From Azolla caroliniana (Eukaryota > Plantae > Polypodiophyta): a stretch of DNA of 64,000 bases. A program made the translations under genes and the position numbers. The notes under the pieces are model-generated. The model had not been told where the DNA came from. It searched no databases and saw only the letters and a list, made by a program, of their open reading frames with translations. Positions 38,476-49,640 of this stretch are shown here, piece by piece. Location of the stretch: positions 16,988,001 to 17,052,000 of the forward strand of contig JBHGNT010000011.1 in NCBI GenBank assembly GCA_043228905.1, read 5' to 3'. Position 1 is the first letter of the stretch, and every line of letters starts with the position of its first letter.

Positions 38476-38810
38476 TTTTTTTTTTCCAAAAAAAAGAACT
38501 CCTTCCATTAGTTATAAAATTTTACAAATGTGATTATTATGTACAAATCCCTGTAGGGACGTGATAGTTCCATCTCATGTGGATGCCCACTGACTCAAGA
38601 AAGGGAGAGGACGACCATTGTTGGATGAAGGCTATTCGTTGTCTTTCAACTCCATCGGAGCCGCCCTTGAGGCCATCATATTGGCTCTTTAGAGTGGCTA
38701 CAATTTCACTCCATATCTCTTGCAATAGTAACATTGTTAGATGCGCGGTTTGGTTGGAGAAGACCTGTCTACACCGTTGTTTCCATCGAATCCGAAATTA
38801 GGCTGGTCTT
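38476..38810 (-). mobile_element. LINE 3'-end fragment
   Basis: RWKQRCRQVF...EIWSEIVATLKSQYDGLKG...RIAFIQQWSSS...MRWNYHVP is homologous to the C-terminus of ORF 36828..37712. It has the tail motif and a poly(A), seen as the T-tract at 38476-38485. Confidence 0.8.
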
Positions 38811-41085
38811 TCAGTCACATTTTGAAATACCTTCAGACATCGAGTCTTCGAAATATACCAATTTGTAAATTGTAATACCGCTTACCACTTCCCAAATTTG
38901 AGGTTTATCAATCTCTTTTTGTGGATTCAAAGGTATCAAAAATTTCCCCATCAAACCATGTCTGATCACAATAGCATCTGCAACCTCCTCTTGTTCATAT
39001 ACCATAGGTTTATCTTGTACCACCGCCCATGATACCGCTCCCCATGTATACACTACTCGAGGATATACCGATATTAATAATGCTATGATGCGTTTCCATA
39101 ATGTCCATATCAAAACCACAACTCCACAAACAATGCTCAAGTCCAATACTTTGCAACTGCATATTCAAACTATTCATCTTGGATCATACATTTGCTTGCT
39201 TACAAAATGAAATCAATCACTATGTATCCTAAGTTCTATTGTGCTAATCAATAAGTTTTTTTATTTTCTTACTATCAAGAATTGGAATTGAAGGCATTAT
39301 TAGACGAATATGGACCATAATATCACCACGAGATAACCATGTAACCCCATTAAACCGGAGAGGTAGATTAGCCTCTAGATCCATGACTTTTTAAAAGTTC
39401 ATAAATGCATTGTAGCATTTTGTGGAACTTTTCAACTAAGAGTGGACTTTTTTTATTAGCCAACCTTTTCCACCAATAATAGCTCCTCCTATGTTTTACA
39501 TAAACCTTTAACAACCAAAGCTTCACTAAAAGCTAGAAAATGAATTCTAAGAACATTTGGACTCTGTTATTGCATGTGTCCCACTACACCACATTTGCAT
39601 TAGCACCATCTATTGTCATTGTCATGCTATTTCTTTCACACAAACCTTTTTCATTAAGAACTTTCTCAATGCATCAAATATTATGGTTCCTTTCAAATAT
39701 GGTAATTGTAATGAACCCATGAAAAAATATAATTCTTGGAACCAAGTCCATTGCATTTTAAATATATCCTATAGATTGTAATTTCCATTTCTAATGTCTT
39801 GTATCAATATTGTCATACACTGAGTGAAAAGGTGACTTCCTCATGCATCTTTATTGTGTTTCCCTATTTGATAGACATTGTCCACAAAGCCATATGCCAT
39901 ATGGTGATTAATGTGGTGCATACTCTTTAGGATTTGACATTAGTGCCTATCCAAACAAATAATTTTGCCATGTATATGTCCCAAATATGTTTAATTGTTT
40001 CTCCATCTAACATGCCATTTACAAAATCAAATCAAGTTGAATTGTAACATATTGATGGCCATTACCCAATGCATCAAACATTGAAGTACTTCTTTACCAC
40101 AAAAAATATGCAAGAATTTTTTATTTTCCATTCTGTCTAAATCCTTACATAATTTACTATCATTAACTTCCCATTTAATCGTAGCATTTTTGGATTGCAA
40201 AAGTTACATGTTTGCAAGGTTTTGAGGGATCATTACATTCTCAATTAAGTCCCATGCTACATCCTACTGGATCAATGTCATCTTGAAAATCATTACCTTA
40301 TTGCAATATCTACAAACAAGGCACCTTCATTTGATAAGTGGATAGCAGTGATTGTCTTTTGCTTCTTGGGAACCATATACCAAATTTGTTTTACTCCAAA
40401 CAAACATGAACATAAATCTTAGAGATGTGTTTAAAATTAAGCAACAACAATTGCAAAAAGATTTTCTACCACAAATCACTAATGATGACCAAAAACGAAA
40501 GATTTTAATGCTCAGTATAGCAAAGACAAATATATATCATGGTTTTTACATTTGTTTTTATGCCAGCATCAGCAAGACGAGATACAAATTAATTCATCAG
40601 TCTTTGGTATAAAGGTTGTGCAGGAGTGATAAATTTGCCAGGAAATTAGCCATCATATACTAATGTCTGCATGCTCACAACTAAGGTTCCTTTGAACCCA
40701 GCTATGATGGAAAGGCTGTCCTAGCCATTGAACAGTGACACAAGTTCGACCAATATCAGATCATCAATGAGGTCCTAGTCCTTGATTTATGAATGTAAAA
40801 GACCTTTCAATATCAGACTATCAATGATGTCCAAGTCATATGAAATGTAAAAGATTCTCTTCAGGATAATGAGCTCATTGTTAAATGTTGGTTTCATAAT
40901 GTAGAAACATAGAACATTATGATTTAAAAACGGTAGAATTGACATTCACCATTTACACGAGGGTATTTTCAAAATTACCCCTTTTTTCTATCCCAAATTT
41001 TGAATATCTTGAAAATAAGATTAATAAAAAAAGATGTGTGGGTTTAACTTCTTTCTGTTGCATGGAAAGCATGCTTCGTAGTCAG

Positions 41086-43130
41086 TTAGCACTTGTCTTC
41101 AGATTTATCAGCATAAAACCTTTTCCCTGCCTCAACTGCCTCCCTGCAAACAAGAAAACAATGTCTGGACTCGATGTCCTTTGTAGTGATTTATATCTCA
41201 ATAGATAACACTCTCCATCCACCTCTATCTCTCCCCAGAAAAAGTGAGACATTTGTATATGCCTGTTTTGTCACATAACACAATCTAGCTTTAAATAAAT
41301 TCTAATATATATCACGGAGAGATGGGACACTGTAGTACCTTATTCTGTCCTGTACTAAAATGAACTCATGTAGCACTTCAAGATGCATAATATTGTTCTC
41401 ATACCCCCAAAAATCAATCATTATGAACCCAAAGAACCACGGGAATTCAAATAAGGCTGGGACAACCTTTTAAAATTGTGATATATACAATCATTTCAGA
41501 GGATTTCAGATATACATATATAAACTCGTTCATATGAGTAATCAAACCTGAAAGCATCAACAAGTTCCTTATTATTTGGGTCAAGCTTTACACCCTCATA
41601 GAATGCATTTGCTGCTTCCTCATATTTCTGCATCAGACAACATACCAAGGGGACAATAATAAGGAAACTCCTGAACGTCCTAAAAATTTAAATGGTTGGG
41701 GAAAGTTTAGGTTAGCTATCAAGATTTCATAATATTTAGCGAAATGCTCCCAAAAAACCTTCAAAGGTACCCATGTGCATATTATGATTATCTCATACAG
41801 CACCACTGAATTAAGAGAAAAAAATGCAAACCTGCAAAAGACGAAGGGCAGACCCTTCTCTATAGCATCCTTTTGCCCAGTCGGGACGAATCTGCCTTAC
41901 CAACTTGGCATCAGTAAGTGCAAATTCAAGTTGCCCAGTTCTCATCCAGCATAGGCTCCGATTAGATAAAATAATTGCATTGTGTGGATCCAAATCTAGC
42001 GCCTGTCAAAAAATAATCGCATTATTCAATTGTGTTATGTATGCATTATGTGATTATGCACACATGCAATGCTCTGATGACAGGCATCTGGTCATCGAAA
42101 GAAACTTGGGTGATATTTCATAGTTTTCCCCCAAAGAAAACGAAAAGATTTGAACATTTATACTCCATGGCATGGACATATATGCTGGCACTGAACTGCC
42201 ATTCTTGAAATCAAGTCATGTAGCTCAAGCTACAAAAATGCATTGTTCTCAAAATAAGGAAGAGTGCATTTAGTACTCAGTGTCACAATGGTACATTTCA
42301 CACAATGTTTGAATACCCGTTCTGCATGTTATCAACACACATGCTAGCACAGAAGCAATATTCTTTGATATTAGCAACATATTCAAGCTAGAATAACAGT
42401 GTTCTGGAAAGTGTGAAACATGCATTTGAAATATCAAAAACCATATAATTAGGAAAAAGCACCCTTCCCTAAAAGTTGACATCAGCAATCCTTTCATTCC
42501 TTTGCCTCCCAGTAATCATTGCAATATAGGCCTGGAAATTTAAAGCTACATATTGTGTGCTCACCTGTGTATATGCATCCACAGCAGCCATATAATTCTT
42601 GTTTTTAAACGCTTCATCACCACGGGTTTTGGCTTGCAAAGACTTCTCCTTTAATTCTGCAGATACCTTGCAGGAAAAAACAGAAGGCTTCGTTTGTCTC
42701 CCAGGACCTCTTTCACATTGATCAAAATAATTTCCATTAAGAAGGAAAGACAACTTACCTCAATTGGAACAAACTTGTCATCAGTCTTAACTCCTTTATC
42801 CTCTTCTTTTGCATGGCTGAGGTTTGCCTAGTACCAAAGTATGTACATGTGAGTTTCACTCAATTATACCAGTTTTGGTATTCACAATTCAACAAACTCA
42901 GAGAATTATATACCAGTTTTGATTTCCACTCTACCCCCCCTTTTCACTTCTTACCCCTCTCATACCCCCCATCACTTTTTCAAAGATCCCTATAAAATCT
43001 TTTCCTACCCACCACTATACATCACCCTCCCTAACTCCCACATCACACATTTTCAAATAACCCCATAAAATCTTTTACACCCCCACCAAATCCATCACTC
43101 CCCCTGAACTCCCACACCATAAAATTTGAA

Positions 43131-43164
<34 letters not shown>

Positions 43165-43371
43165 TATCCCTTTTATTCCCTATATAAACCTCTCAAATTC
43201 TAAATGGTCATGTGCACTGATGAGCTCCTTAGGAGCGAAACTAGTTTGCCACATCGACCATTTCTTTGTATTACCTTTTAAGTTTCTTAATATAAATTAG
43301 TTTTTAGTATAACCTCTTTGTATAACCTCTCTCTCTCACTCTCTCTAAACTTTGTACATGTAACATATGTA

Positions 43372-43441
<70 letters not shown>

Positions 43442-46400
43442 AAGCAATAAGATCCCTAATGAATATATTTGCATGCTGCTCATATTTGCCTCACTTCTAG
43501 AAATAGATTGCAGAAAAAAGGATGTCTCTAATGTATCCTTACAGAGGACAAACGTACACACGATGACTCCATCGATACCTTCAACTCCTACAAAATGAAT
43601 TTTACACCATAAAGTGCAAAAAAAACTGAAAGCTCAAAAACTATGATAAAATGTCTTTAAGCAGCATCTTGTACAGGGTACTCAAACACTACTTCTTTTC
43701 CAGTTAGCTTCTTATAGGCAACACCAAAAGTCTCTAACTTATACTCAGTATTGTTCCTCTCCTTCGGGTCCAAATATACTCGCATTATGCATGAACCATC
43801 CAGACGGAAACGAACTCTTTTTCCCACAATCTCTGCTGGATAGACTAAATCTTCAAGAATAGCCTCATGAACAGATGTTAATGTACGGCTTCTGGGACGA
43901 GCAGTAGCAGTTCCCTTCTTGGGAGGCCTCATAATGCACCTTGTCGCGATGAAAATTTCTTCTCAAGTTCGCAGACAAGACGGTTGTGAATTTTTTTGAA
44001 TGATTTCCTTAGTCTGTATGGCACATGGATTATGACAGCCTTCCTGCTTCCAGAGATATCTATTTGCTTTGCAGAATTGATGAATAGATCCTTTAGGTCA
44101 CTTCTTAGCTCCTGGTTAGTGTTCTCAAGATCAAAGAGAGCCTGTGCAAAAGAGCAGTTACATTACCCCCTGGCATGATGCCCTAAACCCTGGCATCAGA
44201 GCAGTTACATTACCCCCTGATGTTGAGGATGGGTTATTTGTTCCATCCTACTCAGCATGCCTTAGCCTAACTCACAGCCAACAATATGTTCTTACACAAT
44301 AAGACCCATTTCAGTGTTTAAACTGGTATCCTGCCAATACGCCATGTTAATCTTAGCAATTCCTCACACAGGAGTCCTTAAAACATTAATACTTTGATTA
44401 CTGTAGGTTACATCTAAGCTAACTCTTAGAAACCTTCAGGATCCTTTTATGCTAACGCAAGATACAAGTTAGAAAACAACACTGAAGGAATGGCATGAAA
44501 ATGTAGATGGTGCAAAGTCACAAGAAACTGAAGCAATAAGTTAACCAACCTGCTCATGTGCTATTAGTTTCTGTGCATATGACAAGATTCCCTTACAAGA
44601 CCAATCAGCAACTCGTGGATCCACTGTTGTCACTGGCAGCAAAGCATTCACACAATCATGGCTACCTTTCATGGCAGCCACCATCACAGGTTTCTCACCA
44701 TCCTGTAGGATTGCAATACGGTTATTCTTCATTGCACGAAGCATGTCATTAGATATAATTGCATTGCATGTGTTACCTCATCAACAGCATTCGGGTCGGC
44801 GCCTGCATTTAAGAGGCTTATGACAATCTTTTCATTTCCACTGTCTGCAGCAATATGAAGTGGAGTTACACCACCTACAGTCACATTCACATTTCCTCCT
44901 TTCTGCATATGACCATTCAGGAGATAACAACAATGAAAGTTATGGTGATTGGAAGTAATGTATAAAAGGTGAGTCAATGCACATTCAAGGAGTAGTAGGT
45001 AAGATGTACAAGTATATATGATAAAGTACACTAATAAAATTGTCTCCTAATGATATAAAAATAAGATAGGCAATCTAATTAATGAAATTGGATTCCTGTG
45101 CATGAATTATTGCATGCCTGTTCTTCCTCCTATGTGAATTTGATACTGACTTTCAATCATTTGATTACTAGGCAATTCCATAGTTTCCTCAATACTTTGT
45201 ATATTATATGCTCATGTGCACGGCTTTATTGAAAATAAGAATGTCAAAATTTTATCAAATCACCAGCTAGAAAAAGTTCCATCAAGGCATTTCTTCTACA
45301 AAGGACAAAACAAAAGCACCTCAATAAGCAGATCCAGAATCTTAGATGCTCCCGCTGCTGCTGCACTGACAAGGGCAGTCACATCATCATCTGATGATGC
45401 ATTTGGCTGCAGGAACATAGTACCTTTTTTATCATAAAATAACAAAACAAACAAAAAAACCGTGCCCTAAATAAAAAAGGATTGTTTTATGTTGCACTTA
45501 CATCAGCTCCGTGTTCTAACAAATGTTTCACAACTTCATATTTTTCATTACCAGCTGCCCATATTAATGGAGATCCTGCATGGCTTGAGATGTCCACATT
45601 GACTCCCTTCTCCAACAGTGATCTTACAATGTCAACAGAGCCTATTAAATTTTAAACACAGAATATATAGGACAAGATTGAATCCATTTCCTTATCAACC
45701 CTCTTTTTTATATTGAAAACAGGGATTGTATCAATGTAACAATCAGCGTTCCTAGACACTTCAAACAATAATTGAATTGCAACCAGTAATTGCACTATAT
45801 GAAGAAATGATGTGGCAATTCCACAAACTGCAGAGACAGCCATTTGCAAACTTCAACAGTTTAACCACAGAGTTTAGTGCCATTCATGAATCCTCTGTAA
45901 AGAGCGCCATCTTTTCCTTGGCTAAAAACCATAACAGTTCTCAACTATGAATAAAAACTCAGTCCAAAATAAAGAAATGTTTTCACATAGTCAAAACGCT
46001 CTCAGTGACGTTTTCACAGGCACTTTCAGGACAAAGGTGAAGCTAGTTAAACACATTCATATTATTTTCTCAGTTCCCAGGAATATCTGTGGTAATTGCT
46101 TTCCAAAGCCACAGACAGAAAAACTAAACACAACCTCATGTAGCATGCACACTTTACTCTACGAAGTGCAGTTCTTTTCTTTTGTGTGCACTATCACCAA
46201 CCATTGAGCTAATCATGCGTAAATGCAATAAGATAACTCATCAATGCGGTTGCGAGCACATTAAATAAAACAAAATATATAAATAGAAATTGTCAACCTG
46301 AATGAAACAAAATGCAATCATACAAGCATGGGTTGAACTTACTAACTAAAATCAGATTTAGTGAATATTTTAAAAATGGTTAACCACCTATTGAGTGAAT

Positions 46401-49400
46401 AAACATACTATACAAGCACCGCATATCAAGATAAACGAGTTAGCTAAATGCTACAAAGAAGGTAGATCATGTTGTGCTTTTGGAAAGGAGGAAAAATATT
46501 TGGCCTTCTCATATAAAACTTTTCGATCAATCACAATAGAAAGAGTAGGATTTAGATATTCAATTCATACCATCATAAAGTTCTTGTGAAAGTAACACAT
46601 GGGTACCAGAAAGAAATAGACATTCAATAACCATAATACACCTGAAAAATCTATGAATCAACCAAATCAATGGTTTATGTAACCGTATATCTGCGTTAGA
46701 ATCGGATAGACGTATCAAATCTGCAATTATTGATCCTGGCTATTTTCGCAAGGTAATTTCTATGTTAATTAACCAGTGTACCCTCATTACATTAGCATAC
46801 TCTTACTTTACTTGTATCATAAGACATAAGCTGCACAGTAATATACTGAAATTCAATGGGCAACTTGTGCATGTAAGTGAAGTATGCCCCTCACAATCCA
46901 ATGCCAAAACAACTCCAACAAAAAATACCATAATTGAACTCCAACAGTCAGTAAAATACCATAATTGAAAATTCTAGAATGTGAAACAATGATATAAATC
47001 ATTCGTACAAAATGTGGATGTCAATGAGGACAGAACCATACCAGCTGCTGCTGCATGATGCAAAGCTGTCGCATCTAGTTCATTCCCCCTTATCTCTGGA
47101 TTTGCCCCATGATCAAGGAGGCATAATGATGCTTGAAGATGTCCATGTCTTGCAGCATGGATGAGAGGAGTTTCCCCTATGCAAATTAGATAGTTTTAGC
47201 AAATTACTGATTGAATTGTGGAGCAATGGACATGATTTGGTTACTAGAAAAAGAAATGTGGGTTCAAATAAGGAGAAATTTTGATATTAAGTTTTTATTT
47301 ATGGCAAACCTTACATACAATGCACCTTTTATAATTCAAATTTCATCACAAAAAATCCGAATAAATCAAGCTTGCTCACCATCATTGTCACATACATCCA
47401 CAGGATATTTCAAAACTTTCAAGAGATAGCTACACAATGTGTCTTTCCCATTTTGAGCAGCAAAATGCAAACAGCCACGTCCATTGGCATCCTTTACATC
47501 TATAACAACCTTGGCAATGCCTTGTTCCTCATTAAATGATTGTGCAGCTTCTGCAAAAAGCAAGTAGTCCACCCTCCTTCAAATAAATGGATGATTTATC
47601 ACATTTTCTTTAAGGATAAAATAGAGTCAAACAAATCCTATGATATAGAATCTTGAAGGCAATATATTCTCTGTCCAATCATCCTGACATTTTCTCGTCT
47701 AGAAATATATAGAACAATTGTACGTTGTATAAGAATTGCATACACAGTATCCACATCTTCTTGCAATAACAATCTTGTAAAATCATGGGTTTATGCATAC
47801 CTTGCAAAGCAGTAATATCTCCTTCACGAGCTGCAATTAAAAGCTTATTAACCTTCTCCCTGGCTGTACAAAAAAAGTACGAGGGAAAGATAATGAAGAC
47901 AAGAATATAATGTCTAGTCATAAAATACAAGTAAAAAGAACAAGTCCTGGTTAGGTTTCCCCAATGCTTCTTTGTTATTGATACAAACGGATGTTATAGT
48001 ATTATGACGTCAATTTTCAGAAAAAACTAGTATGCAGTTAATTTGGGACACTTAGTTGAATGCACTCAAAGCACTTAGTTAATTTGAAAACGAACAAAGC
48101 ACTCAACTTCAATCAAAATCTTACCAGAGCTTATAAACAAGAACCCAACAATTTCTAATACCTGGCTAACTCTTGGATATGAATTAACAAACCACCATAG
48201 AATTAGCTAATATAGTCAAATGTTTATACATGGTCAGTTCCTTAGCCCTGTCAGAGAATGAAGTGTAGAACCCATTTGTAATGGCTTCCATGAAAACTTC
48301 CTTGCTTTTACAAAGACGAGAGATAAATTTTTGCTTCATGTCAGCATGAGAAAAATTATCTCAACATTCATAAATATCAGTTAGGATCTGAATTTTCCTT
48401 CCTTTCTCTCACTTGAGAATGTACGCTAGAAACTGGATATTGAGTTTTAATATACTGCTTTATCACATTGTGTACGACATTTTAGACATCCCCACTGATA
48501 TAGTCCATTGCATATAGCTTTCGAGCTTGCCTTACTAGAATTCTTAAACTTAAAATGTGTAAACATGATGGTCTAGTGTAATATTTGCACCTATGTAACC
48601 TTTGCAGTGGGTCTGATATTTAGTTAATTTAAAAGAGTCCTTCATATGTTTCGTTTGAGATCAAGCATACCGGTAGTTTCATTTTTGCTTCTCAAAATAT
48701 GGCTTTACAAACCACTCAATTCTTCATCTATTTTGTTTAAGATCCTGGGGGATCCAAGGTATGAAGTAGAAAATTTCCAGAAATTAGCTCAAAGATTAAA
48801 CTGTGATCTCTATCATCAAAAAATGTTCTGGTTTCTATGTATTTAGGAATCACTGTCCGTGACCCAAGGGTTGTTGAAAAGAAATGCCATTTCCCTTAAG
48901 CCAAGACTAACAAACATGAAAAATTAAGAATATCTAGAAAACAGCTAGAAGATTAAACCAGGATCTCAATCATCCATAGAATGTCGTGGTTTTTTTATGT
49001 CTTTACATATAACTTTGCATGATAAAAGGTTTGTTGAAAAGCAATATCATTTCCCTTAACCATATCTACAAAAGTTGCGAATAGAAAATCTCTACGAAAT
49101 AGTTAAAAGATAAACCATGATGTTAACAATCTAAAAAATGTTGTGGTTATGGCGGTTTTGCCTTTGTGAATTGCTTTTCACTACGATTTTTGTTGAGAAA
49201 CGATAGCACTTACCTTAACCAAGTTACCAAAGCTATAAAGTAGAAAATATCTAGGAAATGATGATAAAAACATGAAGAACCATCAGTTTTACGATGTTAG
49301 ATCATACACTAAACTGATCAGAAACAACGTTTTCAAGAATCCCATTCCAGCATGAGAAGAAGCGAAATTTTCGTTTCCTCCGAACTGTATAAAACACGTA

Positions 49401-49640
49401 CTTCTGAGTCTGTTAATTTGACAAGCAGGACTTGTAGAAATACAATGAACGGAGAAACATCGCAAGCGTAAGTTACATTCTTTTGACTCCCTTTACTCGA
49501 CAAAAAAGAAATGTCGAGCTACACCTCAGAGGATAACTAACTCACACTGCGTGGAGGAAGAGAAAGAAGAAGAAGAAGAAGAAGAAGAAGACGAGAGGAT
49601 TACCTGCAAATGCGGAAGCTGCATCAGCTTGCTTCTTCAT
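41086..49640 (-). CDS. TPR10: Ankyrin-repeat + TPR (carboxylate-clamp co-chaperone type) protein, 13 exons
   Basis: Exons: 49640-49604, 47863-47801, 47550-47380, 47176-47042, 45641-45502, 45406-45320, 44902-44777, 44702-44550, 42827-42759, 42666-42565, 42002-41832, 41627-41548, 41143-41086. All introns are GT-AG and frame-consistent. The protein runs [17 protein letters not shown]...[13 protein letters not shown]...[11 protein letters not shown]...AKTRGDEAF...SNRSLCW...AANAFYEGV...[11 protein letters not shown] and matches Arabidopsis TPR10 as I recall it. Confidence 0.93.
43202..43263 (+). ncRNA. Minimal type I hammerhead ribozyme motif (Penelope/retrozyme-like), antisense in intron 8 of the ANK-TPR gene
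   Basis: CUGAUGA at 43217-43223; stem II GCUCC-UUA-GGAGC at 43224-43236; GAAA at 43237-43240; palindromic stem III ACUAGU; cleavage triplet GUU at 43244-43246. Stem I AAAUGGUCAUGUGCA pairs with UGC(C)ACAU(C)GACCAUUU, giving 15 bp with two bulged C. Confidence 0.82.
43657..44147 (-). pseudogene. RPS7: Processed (intronless), 5'-truncated 40S ribosomal protein S7 retrocopy with an internal frameshifting deletion, inside intron 8 of the ANK-TPR gene
   Basis: [30 protein letters not shown]...[24 protein letters not shown], then loss of the SGKDVI segment with a frameshift near 43950, then [13 protein letters not shown]...[26 protein letters not shown]...[17 protein letters not shown]. Confidence 0.92.

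Noticed and set aside
42074-42105. CTGATGA...GAAA, a possible second hammerhead
   Set aside because: No stem II closes directly between the two core segments and there is no stem I or III pairing. It is a simple GATGAC/GTCATC hairpin.
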